A DNA stretch of 64,000 nucleotides from Octopus bimaculoides (lineage: Eukaryota), in NCBI RefSeq assembly GCF_001194135.2, contig NC_068987.1, forward strand, positions 34,905,703 to 34,969,702. The letters run 5' to 3'. Below the pieces are notes generated by a model. It had not been told where the DNA came from. It did not search any database and saw nothing but the letters and a program-made list of their open reading frames with translations. The translations under genes and the position numbers were made by a program. Each line of letters opens with the position of its first letter. The stretch's first letter is position 1. Positions 51,478-64,000 of the stretch are shown piece after piece.

Positions 51478-52330
51478 CGTCGTTGTTCTTGCTGTCGTTG
51501 TTTTGTTGTTGCGATTGTTGAAGTCGGAACAGTTCTTGTTATTATTACTATATTTTATCCCTCCTGCTACTGTTGTCAATGCGTTTGTATTTGTAACACA
51601 GATAGAATCAGCAACAATGGGGCCCCTCATTACCCCTTTCCTGATTTGCTTGTATGAGCAGAAAAATCTGAGACGGACACGTGTTCCTCACACGTGCAGC
51701 ATCGGTCATCTACTGAACACGATTATTCTTAGTTTTTAAGAATTCGGTAGGGAAATGAGGCTTCGGACTCTTTCCAGACCCTGGGGCTTCACACGGAGAA
51801 GAACTTCTAGTATGTTCCAACACCATTTCCCTAGTTTCTTTCATTTCACATTCAGTAAGTTTTCACTCGCTTCAAACGTTATGCGTGCTATCCGATATGA
51901 CGGTCTGATGGGAACAGAGGCATTGCTAATTTTACTGCCCATTTTCCCAACTAAGTGAGGCGAGAGCCGAATCTTATAGTTTCCACTGAATGTCTTACTG
52001 CGTGGATCTCATTCTTAAAAACAAATTCGATTTCGCCGAACTGCCTTGCCCTACAGGTTTGTTTGATGGCCCGTCATATCATAGAAGGCCTCTCAAACAT
52101 ATGCGTTTCGGGCTGTCTCCAGGCAACAATTTTGTTGAATTTACGCAGATACAAAAGAATAATTTCTGGCAGTTGCAGTCTGAGATTTCTAAGTGGACGC
52201 CAACAGTTCCCATTTCATCTCCATTTAATCAAGTCACGTGTTTCCTTGACATTTCGCAAGCCTACATTGTTGATATACATATAACTATTCCCCCTTCTAA
52301 TTTATGTTAGTATTTGTAGTTATGACAGGT
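49190..52330 (-). mobile_element. Decayed L1/Tx1-like LINE: ORF1 remnant + APE endonuclease + linker, no RT motifs recognised
   Basis: Frameshifted minus-strand motifs: ERVRSLISLPNS*KLRIIVFSR*P..(zinc-knuckle-like, ~51660-51780); NGGGVAVLFRK (50455-50488); KLIYVYIP; VVGNWNTMLDACLNCIG (GDFN-like, ~50230-50275); NW*TNTFFL..D..WINKLVERE..IINNRW; CLVRARVCALANEG (~49735-49775). Boundaries are approximate. Confidence 0.6.
51441..51487. repeat. (GTT)n microsatellite
   Basis: Direct reading of the sequence. Confidence 0.9.
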
Positions 52331-52601
52331 TATAGCAACTATTTTTACCAACTAGCGACTTAAGAATAATATCTCATGCTTTCGGTCTTAAGTAAGAAAA
52401 ATTCATCTTAAAGAAGGCAGCAGTAGAAGCGACTGAGAAGACGGGATAATCATGGTAGTAATAATTTTGATCCAAGGTTTGTCAGCTATGGGCGAGCGGA
52501 GAATTAAAAAAACAGAATTAACAGCAGCAACAACAAACGCAGCTGTTCTCCTGCAAAATTGCCGTTTGCACCTTATATAATCAAATTTTGACATAGATAA
52601 T

Positions 52602-52656
<55 letters not shown>

Positions 52657-52837
52657 TTGTGTGTGCGCGTGTGCGTGTGTGTGTGTGTGTAAATATAGAT
52701 ATATATATGAGACAGATAAACGCATGGCTAGNNNNNNNNNNNNNNNNNNNNNNNNNNNNNNNNNNNNNNNNNNNNNNNNNNNNNNNNNNNNNNNNNNNNN
52801 NNNNNNNNNNNNNNNNNNNNNNNNNNNNNNNNNNNNN

Positions 52838-52875
<38 letters not shown>

Positions 52876-53465
52876 ATAGATAGATAGACATATGTACATA
52901 TTTTCGTGCGCATATGTATATATTTATGTATAGCCAAAGAGAATATTTATCTCAGTATAAATTTTTAAATCTACGGAAAGTGTTTGTGAGATATGTTACC
53001 TCTCTAGTCTTACGAAAAAAATTTACGAAGTTATATATATATAGACATATATGCATACATAAAATTTCAAAATGAAAAAAAATACCCAATTTAAAAGAAG
53101 CCACAGATAGATATTTGACGAAGAAGAAAAAAAAATATATATATAAATAAATTACAATTCTTTCAACCCTTTCACTATAAACAATAGAATTCATCTTCTC
53201 TGTCACCGTTATCTTCATCTCTCATATTTAAGGCTTCCTCCTTGTCATACAATATTTTTCATCCGGCACCATTAAACTATCTACAGATCAATTTCTTTAT
53301 ATCCAACAAAATACACTACTGCATCACACCAATTTTGCTGCATTATTGCTCCCTTACTCAACATTTTCGCCACAATCAAAGATTTGTGATTGGGAAATGA
53401 TATACAGTCCAGGGAAAACTATTTTGGCATAACTACGAAATAGCTGTCAATATTTCCACGTATAA

Positions 53466-53640
53466 AAACGGTGAGCTGGTAGAATCATTAGAACGCTGAC
53501 AAAATGCTTAGCGACATAACGTTCTGAGTCCAAATTCTGCCGAACTCTACATTGCCTGTCATCCGTTAGGGATCGATGAAGTAAGTACCAGTTGAGCATA
53601 GGCGTCTATGTAGTTGATTTACCCCCTCAATCTAAATTGC
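53466..53640 (+). mobile_element. SINE family A
   Basis: acggtgagctggtagaatcattag...aaatgcttagcg...gttctgagtccaaattctgccga...gatcgatgaagtaagtaccagttgagc. Confidence 0.75.
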
Positions 53641-54754
53641 TTGATGGATTTGGATACTCACACACACACACACAAACGCACACTTGTATATGCATGTGTT
53701 TATGCGAGTGCGTGTGTCAGTTATCCAATCTCCTACAAATTTACGGAACTACATATATATCATTGATAAGAATAGTATAGATATGTATACTGAGTGAGGT
53801 ATACAGATTGACACAGATAAAAAGGTCGACAGCACCAAACATGTACTACACACACGCACACGCACACACACGCACACACACACACACACACACATACATA
53901 CATACATATATGTGTATNNNNNNNNNNNNNNNNNNNNNNNNNNNNNNNNNNNNNNNNNNNNNNNNNNNNNNNNNNNNNNNNNNNNNNNNNNNNNNNNNNN
54001 NNNNNNNNNNNNNNNNNNNNNNNNNNNNNNNNNNNNNNNNNNNNNNNNNNNNNNNNNNNNNNNNNNNNNNNNNNNNNNNNNNNNNNNNNNNNNNNNNNNN
54101 NNNNNNNNNNNNNNNNNNNNNNNNNNNNNNNNNNNNNNNNNNNNNNNNNNNNNNNNNNNNNNNNNNNNNNNNNNNNNNNNNNNNNNNNNNNNNNNNNNNN
54201 NNNNNNNNNNNNNNNNNNNNNNNNNNNNNNNNNNNNNNNNNNNNNNNNNNNNNNNNNNNNNNNNNNNNNNNNNNNNNNNNNNNNNNNNNNNNNNNNNNNN
54301 NNNNNNNNNNNNNNNNNNNNNNNNNNNNNNNNNNNNNNNNNNNNNNNNNNNNNNNNNNNNNNNNNNNNNNNNNNNNNNNNNNNNNNNNNNNNNNNNNNNN
54401 NNNNNNNNNNNNNNNNNNNNNNNNNNNNNNNNNNNNNNNNNNNNNNNNNNNNNNNNNNNNNNNNNNNNNNNNNNNNNNNNNNNNNNNNNNNNNNNNNNNN
54501 NNNNNNNNNNNNNNNNNNNNNNNNNNNNNNNNNNNNNNNNNNNNNNNNNNNNNNNNNNNNNNNNNNNNNNNNNNNNNNNNNNNNNNNNNNNNNNNNNNNN
54601 NNNNNNNNNNNNNNNNNNNNNNNNNNNNNNNNNNNNNNNNNNNNNNNNNNNNNNNNNNNNNNNNNNNNNNNNNNNNNNNNNNNNNNNNNNNNNNNNNNNN
54701 NNNNNNNNNNNNNNNNNNNNNNNNNNNNNNNNNNNNNNNNNNNNNNNNNNNNNN

Positions 54755-54810
<56 letters not shown>

Positions 54811-54818
<8 letters not shown>

Positions 54819-55030
54819 TCTCTGTGTTTGCCACCCCCCCTCCAACATCGCTTGACAACCGATGCTGGTGTGTGTACGTCCCCGTAACATTAGCGGTTCG
54901 GCAAAAGATATCGATACAATAAGTACTAGGCTTACACAGAATAAGTCCTGGGGTCGATTTGCTCGACTAAAAAGCGGTGATCCAGCATGGCCGCAGTCAA
55001 ATGACGGGAGCAAGTAAAAGAATAAAAGAG
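54811..55030 (+). mobile_element. SINE family B, 3' half (5' part probably in the gap)
   Basis: catcgcttgacaaccgatgctggtgtg...ataagtcctggggtcgatttgctcgactaa...gcaagtaaaagaataaaagag. Confidence 0.85.
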
Positions 55031-55238
55031 TAATGAGCATATATAGGTGTGCACGTATATATACTGTGAAGTATTCCGATGGTGTGAAATATATTGAATG
55101 ATTAGGAACACTGGCCTCTAAAATTTGTCCTGTCTTTCTTGGTCTTATATTCCTGATGCAATATTAATGCGTTAATTAAATGTGCTGTGTAAGGGGATAA
55201 TTATCCTATTTTTTTTCTTCGTTATAAATGAAAATATG

Positions 55239-55319
<81 letters not shown>

Positions 55320-56699
55320 GTGTGTATACACATAAACTAGACCGTTGAAATCTACAATTTTATTTTCATTCGATCTCTATTTCCTCTTACACCCTTCNNN
55401 NNNNNNNNNNNNNNNNNNNNNNNNNNNNNNNNNNNNNNNNNNNNNNNNNNNNNNNNNNNNNNNNNNNNNNNNNNNNNNNNNNNNNNNNNNNNNNNCCCTT
55501 CTGTTGATGAGCCTAGCCTCGAAGCGTAAAATCCTTTTTTAAAATTTTCTCAAGCATCAAACTAATATACTTGCCGGTTGTTCATACACTTTTCTTCGTT
55601 TTTTGTTTTTCAATAAATTTCAATACTAACACACATATATATCTGTGTTGCATATATTAATGAAGCATACGGATATATATGTGCGATACAAAAATCTGAT
55701 CAGTGTGATTGGGAGAGAGGATCTGCTCGAACATATAACGGAGGAATAATAAAAAGATAAGAGACTGATTAAAAGAACAGTAAAATGGGGCTGCGAGCGT
55801 TGGGGGGCTCGTAAGCCATTTCATCCTCTTCATTATAAATATTTCATTACATATTCATCATTCGTTACATGTACCCCACGTTTTGTGTTGTCTGTCCTTG
55901 TATTATCCACTCTATGTTGGGGCTTTATGCCTAAATAAAGAAATGTATATGTGTGTTGCATGTGTGAGTTTGTGTGTTGCATGTGTGTTTGCAAGCAACA
56001 GCCAAGCGTTGTGAACATTCAGATGATGAGAGATCAGAAATGATTTGCGTGTGTGTGAAAGCTTGAAGTTCTAGATCATTAATCGAATATAGACACACCC
56101 TTATATGCAAACACCTTTGCGGTCACATATACACAGAGAGACAGATAGATTGGTTTACAATTCAATGGCTTAAGTGTGCTTTCCCTTCATTTGTAAAGCG
56201 TAAATTGATTATATATTTGTGTATATACGTGAAAATACGCATACATATACATGGAAAAGTCTGCACATATATGTGAATGAGTATGTGTATATAAATGCAC
56301 GCATACACATATACATACGCTCATACACACACGCACACTCATGCACACGTACATAAGGAGAAATCGTTACTGTAGCTACTCAAGGACACCTGGATTTTAA
56401 CATCTCGCACACACAAGTGTGTGTCTGTGTGTGCGTGAGTGAGTGTATGCGTACTCATGCCTTTAATACCTAGCATAAAACAGTATATAGATGTGAAATA
56501 GATAAATTCTGATTATTGCTACATGTATCCTTGTCTGCATACAACTGGATTGACTGATTGCATTTTGCTACGTTGCGAAAACCATGTTACGATCTATAAA
56601 ACTAAAATTCTTCATCTAATATAGAGTTGTAAAAGTTGCCTTTAAAATAAATTATTATCTCTTACCGTGACAACACACTTAGTTTGCTGCTTAGGTAAG

Positions 56700-56950
56700 G
56701 GGAAATTTTCCAAGGACTGCCAAAAACTGGTTAAATGTTATCGTGAAGGGAACGGATTAGTAAGAAACTAACAAACGTCAAGAGGCTGACATCAGAGATC
56801 GAAGACGCTGAAAGCAACTCGTACTTCCTCGTAAACCGCTAACCCTCCTCTTCGATAAATGTCACCAGGCTCTTCTATACCACCCTTGGTCTGAACAGCC
56901 ACCTCTGGCACCTGTACCCTTGACACCCATCAGGATGAAATGGCTCAATC
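56700..56950 (+). mobile_element. RTE-clade LINE 3' end
   Basis: Translation NWLNVIVKGTD**ETNKRQEADIRDRRR*K...DKCHQALLYTLGLNSHL matches the RTE C-terminal W...I..G...FE..R...RRK...C..C....GL.SH pattern. Confidence 0.6.
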
Positions 56951-57965
56951 TCTTGCTACATATTAACTACTCGGATATGTGATAATGCCAAAGAGTAATA
57001 AATTATTTGCATTTGTATACATCACAAATCACAGAGTACAAAAGTATATAGTTACCAGTTGTACATCTGAAATAGCACGACAAAGAGCAAGGGGATAGGT
57101 ATATATANNNNNNNNNNNNNNNNNNNNNNNNNNNNNNNNNNNNNNNNNNNNNNNNNNNNNNNNNNNNNNNNNNNNNNNNNNNNNNNNNNNNNNNNNNNNN
57201 NNNNNNNTATATATATATATATATTAATACTAATAGTGTATGTTGATAATATGAAAAAATGTCAGTTAGTAATAGATTAATAGTAGTGCAAAAAGTGGGC
57301 GTCTTAATATATTGCTCGTTTTGATGTATCTCCATGGAAATGTCCTGCTAGGATTCTTTTTCTCAAGGCAAACTATTTTCTTCACACAATGTGTTACTTT
57401 TCTTTGCCGAGTAAGACTAACTCTAATTTCCACACTTACTCCTCTCTCACATTCATATTGTTATGTTACTTTGATGTACACAGTACACCTTTTAAAGTTT
57501 GAACCAATTTCATGTGTCCCCCATGTCCACCGTATGAATACCAAGTCTACATATTTCCACCATTATCTTTAACGATAGTCATTACTTCGTCTTGTTCTCC
57601 AAACCACAAAACAATATTTTACTTTCACACCTTTTCCTTTTTTATACCCGGAACCATTCCTATCAAATTTTCTTCCGATCCCAAATTAACCATTCAAAAC
57701 CTTGATTACATTAACGATGTCTATTCATCTCTATTTCAAAGTCTAGGAGGTGTTAAATGCACTTCGGAGTTTTCTGCTTCTTGCCAGGTTTATCTATTAA
57801 TAATTATTATAATTCATCATTATTTTCACACTCACATCATCAACGATTCCGTCTTCAATATCTAATCTATCTAAAAGTAACATTATTGATATGTTTCATT
57901 ATATGTAATTATAGCCTGTTATCACCCACGTCATCATTATTATTTTCTATTATGTTCTTGTTGTT

Positions 57966-57967
<2 letters not shown>

Positions 57968-57997
<30 letters not shown>

Positions 57998-57998
57998 G

Positions 57999-58032
<34 letters not shown>

Positions 58033-58110
58033 GTATTACTATTATTACTATTATTATTACTATTACTATTACTATTATTATTGTTATTGTTATTATTATT
58101 GTTATTATTA

Positions 58111-58162
<52 letters not shown>
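57968..58162. repeat. (ATT)n microsatellite with ACT/GTT variants
   Basis: Direct reading of the sequence. Confidence 0.95.
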
Positions 58163-59099
58163 CGAATCCTGAAGCTAACGAATTCCAGTTTGAAGCAGCT
58201 CTTCCTCACTGAGAATCCAATATTACATAAGAAAATAAAAAAAGAAAGATATGTTCATCGTGTATGTTGCTAATGTACGAATATTTTCTTAACTGACAAA
58301 GGGTTTGGGAATATGTCAATGTTCGTCCCCTTCATTAACTGAATTGGATAAATGGTTCCTTTCCAGGACATTTTATTGTATAGTCTCTTTGCCATATCAA
58401 AAACCAGAATAAATCCACATTATATTAACAGAAATTGTGTTCAGCATCTTTTGCAATTTGAGGCGTACGGACAAAAAAATTCGATAATGCGAATTTTTGT
58501 AATGACAACAAAACAATTACCACCACCACCACCACCACCACCGCCACCACTAACGCAAAAAGCAACAACAGCAACACATATATAGTTATTCTTCCAACTC
58601 GAATTGATATATGAGTCAACACTTATTAAAATTTAAAGTGCAGAGCAATTATGGTACATGGGAGAGGTCCTTATGCGACGGATATGATCAATTAAGGAGG
58701 AACACGAAATAAATATAAGTAGTGTGTACAAAAATAAGCGGAAGTTTACATATGCCTTCGTGCAATATTTCCGTGAGTAACCCCGCCAATGTGTAGAAGT
58801 ATGTGTTCCTCCTTGACAGGCAGATGTCATAGACATAAGAAGAAAAGTCAGCCTCTGACTGAGTGTGATCGGTGTAGATTATCTAGTCTTGACTATCTAA
58901 ATACCCACCAAAGGTGTATCATGGAGTTTGGCCGCATATACTGGTCATAGAAGAGGTAATAACAAAAGTAGTAAAGGATTGGAAGTTCAATTACTGCAAC
59001 TGTGATATTTTAAAGTTATTGTGCGGGAGGAAAAAAGTTGATTTCAACTGGTTAACGAAGCGGCGGACAAAAAGCTTCTGCTAACAATAACCATTTGTT

Positions 59100-59619
59100 A
59101 AAAGTCTGAAAATAGTCATACTGCAAGCAAAGATACGGGAAAACTGTATTCTCAATTCCATAAGCATGAGAACCTAACATGATATATTAAGAAGTCAATG
59201 GGTCAACTTTTTCCTTAAAGATCGACTGTAATTCAAAAATATAATCTAGACTTCATAGCCTACTGATGATTGCTACAAAATCGGCCCTGAGAAATGAGTG
59301 AAATTGTCGGGGAGTTTAGAATGAGTCCAAACACAAAATAAATAGATGGATGCAAGTTCATCTCCAATGTAATTGTCTTACTATTGGTCGAAACCAAAGA
59401 AGAATTTGATGGAAGTATGTCTGCTATTGAAGAGGTCAATTCCTGTGTATGGAAAGCTAAACTTTCACCACCCAGAAAAAGATGTGTCATCAGGCGGTGC
59501 AACCAGGCTGGATAATAGATACAAACTATTCGAAAAGACAAATTGTGTGAAGAGGCTAGAAGTGGAACGTCGTTAGTTTGGTGAAAAAGAATAGATGATT
59601 GCTGGGTGTGAAAAGTTAA
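59100..59619 (+). mobile_element. Possible piggyBac-like transposon 3' relic
   Basis: Cys-rich remnant PPRKRCVIRRCNQ..KDKLC near 59470-59550, and terminus GGGTGTGAAAAG-TTAA (TTAA at 59616-59619) resembling piggyBac ends. No catalytic DDD motif recognised. Confidence 0.35.
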
Positions 59620-59696
59620 TTCTCAACTTTTAAAACTACTTTCAGCTTTTATTAAATACGAGCGCGCACGCGCAGGCACACGGTCGCAGACAAAAT

Positions 59697-59960
59697 GGCA
59701 CCATAGGCAAGTGTCTTCTACTACAGCTTCGGGTAGACATATATATATATGTTTGTGTGTCTGTGTTTGTTCCCCCCAACATCTCTTGACAACCGATGGT
59801 GGTGAGTTTACGTCCCCGTAACTTAGCGGTTCGGCAAAAGAGACCGATAGAATAAGTACTGGGCTTACAAAGAATAAGTCCTGGGGTCGATTTACTCGAC
59901 TAAAGGCGATTCTCCATCATGGCCACGCTCAGATGACTGACACAAGTAAAAGAGTTAAAG
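59697..59960 (+). mobile_element. 5'-truncated, internally deleted SINE family B
   Basis: ggcaccataggcaagtgtcttctactac...cttagcggttcggcaaaagagaccgatagaataagtact...gactgacacaagtaaaagag. Confidence 0.85.
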
Positions 59961-60019
59961 AGTAGATATTATTAAGTAATAGCAATATCTCGTTTTCAAA
60001 GCAAACATTCGGAGGTTTG

Positions 60020-60080
<61 letters not shown>

Positions 60081-60137
60081 GGTAGAGAGAGAGACAGACA
60101 GACATATAGGTAGATTGATTACTAGACAGAGATAGAC

Positions 60138-60169
<32 letters not shown>

Positions 60170-60244
60170 TCACTCATTTTTGGGAGCTCTGTGCAAATTG
60201 AATATTTCCATTGTAAATACGAGTGTTTATAGATATAATTTTAA

Positions 60245-60600
60245 AACCGACTAGCTAGCAAAATCCTTAGGAAGTCGGCAAAATGCATAGTTGCACTTCG
60301 TCCACTTTTACGTTGTGAGTTAAAATTCAGCCATGGTCGGATTTTCAACAATGAGGTCGATGTAATCGGCTTACTCACTCCACCAAAGTAGCTGGCCTCC
60401 TGTGAAAATTTGAAGTCAATATTATTATAAGCACGTGCTTGGAGAATCTTTTGCGCGCTGGGTAAAATGCTCAGCGGCATTTCGTCCGTCTTTTCTTTCT
60501 GAGTTCAAACACTAATGAAGTCCACTTTTTCTTTCTTCCATACAGGGTCCATAAAATCACGACCAGTTTCGACGTCGATGTAATCGACCTGCTACTCTCT
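60245..60600 (+). mobile_element. Two tandem diverged SINE family A copies
   Basis: Both carry the ..aaaatgc.....ttcgtcc..ttt.....tgagtt.aaa and gtcgatgtaatcg motifs (60250-60430 and 60430-60600). Confidence 0.6.
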
Positions 60601-61504
60601 TCAAAAACTACTGATCTTATGATATTAAAGCAACAGATTACAACACCTATAATCAGTGTATTGATGGCACCAATACCTTTTCTCGTGCTAAGTTTGTTCT
60701 TAGGATAAGCTTCTATACGTCATCACGCTGGATGCAATCCCGTTTACTTCCAGAGATATTAGCAATTTTTCCTGCATGTACTTCTTAGGTTATGGTAAAA
60801 TTTTAAAACTTTATGCTGTACATTTTCAAGACTTTCCCGTAATAGAATGTGATTTTAACTCATTTATCAAACTCTCTGTCGTCAACATCATTAAATTGTC
60901 TTTCTATAGCTAAAATAGTTCGTTTTTCATAACTTTTCGTGAATAGCTTTACTTCATCTAAAGAAAGGAGGTGATTAATTGGTCTGTCGTATCCTCGCTA
61001 CCCATGTTTTGTGTCGTTAGTCTACTTAGGAAAAGGAGAAGCATGCAAAGGAGAAATGGTAACAAATGGTAAACACATTGCATCGGAGCAACAATAACAG
61101 TACTTGCCTCTCTATTCAGTATTAGAGTTGTTTCCCATGGCTTCGTATTATTTGAGAGAAAATTACCAATAATTGGGAGGATTTTATAGATTTCCAAGTA
61201 TTTCTCTATCCATTATGGGGAAAGTTAACGAATGAGTTTTGTAATCACTTCTATGATAATAAACAAATCATTTGTAAGGGTTGTTCAACAACTTGCAGAA
61301 CTGTCTTTCTCGGATTACGGGAGTCAACCATCATTAAATTTCGCAATTCTCTGAATGTTTTTAGGATTCTTTTCGTAACATACTATTAGCCTTGAAGAAG
61401 TTTGATGTATTTTTGTGCATCCCTCTATGTGACATTTTGTCTTCCATCCTTTGCTTGATTTTTTTGTTTGTTTGTCGAGTGATTCATCAATTTCCTTCAT
61501 TAGT

Positions 61505-61745
61505 TTCTTGTTTCTTTATTGCCCACAAGGGGCTAAACATAGAGGGGACAAACAAGGACAGACAAAGGGATTAAGTGGATTATATTGACCCAGTCCGTAA
61601 CTGGTACTTTATTTATTGACCCCCCCAAAGGATGAAATGCAAAGTCGACCCCGGCGGAATTTCAACTCAGAACATAAAGGCAGGCGAAATATACGCTAAG
61701 CATTTCGACCGGCGCGCTACCGATTCTGCCAGCTCGCCGCCTTTA
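61505..61745 (-). mobile_element. SINE family A head with an alternative 3' tail
   Basis: Family A head aaggcggcgagctggcagaatcgg...ctgagttgaaattccgccggggtcgactttg. The tail aatccctttgtctgtccttgtttgtcccctctatgtttagccccttgtgggcaataaagaaa differs from other copies. Confidence 0.85.
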
Positions 61746-62249
61746 ATTGGTTTCGTTCCACTTTTCTCCATTATTTGTACGTTTGATGTTGTTGAGTACT
61801 TCAATATCCACACTAAGTATATTAATTTTATTTCTAATCTTCTTTTGACACTCTGGTTTCCTGTTTACATGTTGAGTCTTTCTCAGTATATGAAAACCAT
61901 AAACTGTACCGAGCTTAATGAACATGCAGCATAAATTAGATTACTCAGTGAGGTAAGGTCTGCATAATTTTCTTTCAAGAAAGATTTTATAACCACATTT
62001 AGTTCTTTAATACTCTATCATTATGTTTTGAGTTGCGAGTCATGGATAGTTCATTGCGATCTCTTAGTCTGAATTTGTGGCTCTCTATTAGGATTTTTGT
62101 CATAATATTTTCAAATTCAGTGTATATATTTTAACTTCAATCGTAATCAAACACGTATACACCGTCAGGTGTTATTTCGTCGAGTAAATCGGCTTGAATA
62201 TGTCTCCTACAAGATTTCACTTCAACATTTTTGCGACATTATTTGCATT

Positions 62250-62462
62250 ATTTTCTACTATAGGCACAAGGCCTGAAATTTGGTGTAGGGGATAGTCGAT
62301 TTCATGGACCCCACTGCGTAACCGGTACTTATTTCATCGACCCTGAAAGGATGACAAGCAAAGTCGACCTCGGCCGTATTTGAACTAAGAACGTAGCGAC
62401 GAGCGAAATACCGCTAAGCATTTCGTCCAACGTGCTAACGATTCTGCCAGCTCGCCGCCTTA
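62250..62462 (-). mobile_element. SINE family A with 9-bp TSD (left arm of palindrome)
   Basis: TSD ATTTGCATT at 62241-62249 and 62463-62471; complete head and tail. Confidence 0.9.
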
Positions 62463-62476
62463 ATTTGCATTCTCTC

Positions 62477-62685
62477 TAAGGCGATGAGCTGGCAGAATCG
62501 TTAGCACGTTGGACGAAATGCTTAGCGGTATTTCGCTCGTCGCTACGTTCTTAGTTCAAATACGGCCGAGGTCGACTTTACCTTTCAGGGTCGATAGACT
62601 AAGTACCAGTTGTGTACTGATGTCGATATAATCGACGGGACCCTCTCCAAAATTACAGGCCCTATGCCCAGAGTAGAAAAGATTG
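62477..62685 (+). mobile_element. SINE family A (right arm of palindrome)
   Basis: taaggcgatgagctggcagaatcgttagc...cttagttcaaatacggccgaggtcgac...agagtagaaaagatt. Confidence 0.9.
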
Positions 62686-62690
62686 TTCTT

Positions 62691-62903
62691 AAAGTTAGGA
62701 GTTGGCAGATTCATTAGCATATCGGACAAAACGCTTCGCACAATTCCATACCTTTTTACGTTTCGAGTTCGAATTCCGCTGAGTTCGACTTTGCCTTTTA
62801 TCCTTTCGGGATCGATAACTTAAGTACAAGTGAAACAATGCGGTTTATGTAATTGACTATCCCCGTCCCCTAAATTTCCGGTGATGTGCCTATACTAGAC
62901 GCG
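62691..62903 (+). mobile_element. Diverged SINE family A ending in (ATT)n
   Basis: gttggcagattcattagc...gagttcgaattccgctgagttcgactttgcc...gtgcctatactagacgcg, followed by (ATT)n at 62904-62968. Confidence 0.8.
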
Positions 62904-63970
<1,067 letters not shown>

Positions 63971-64000
63971 ATACGTTTGACATTTGTTTGTATTTGTGCA

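Noticed and set aside
1690-57335. Long ORFs in the track containing X runs or YI/HT/CV/RE/poly-residue repeats
   Set aside because: They are artefacts of N-gaps and di/tri-nucleotide microsatellites, not proteins.

Overview
AT-rich animal genomic DNA from a draft assembly. There are about 20 N-gaps (roughly 6.5 kb), most flanked by (AT)n/(AC)n/(AG)n microsatellites. The repeat landscape is consistent with a coleoid cephalopod such as Octopus; this is inference, not a database result. I found no intact protein-coding gene, rRNA, true tRNA or CRISPR array, and most ORF-track entries are gap or microsatellite artefacts. The window reads as intronic or intergenic DNA built from: four tRNA-headed SINE families; two R4/Dong-type RLE non-LTR retrotransposon fragments; RTE and L1/Tx1-like LINE relics; non-autonomous Helitrons; Penelope-like fragments; a hAT-like MITE; and a piggyBac-like relic. 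Four observations stand out. (1) A minimal type I hammerhead-ribozyme fold followed by a run of hairpins at 5.6-5.8 kb, with a second degenerate hammerhead at about 6.95 kb. (2) A head-to-head SINE palindrome at 62.36-62.58 kb whose 103-bp arms are nearly identical although the tails are diverged and one copy has its own TSD. (3) Both R4/Dong copies abut the (ATT)n tail of the same SINE family. (4) A diverged ~300-bp tandem duplication containing an exon-like 108-bp unit at about 38.15 kb.
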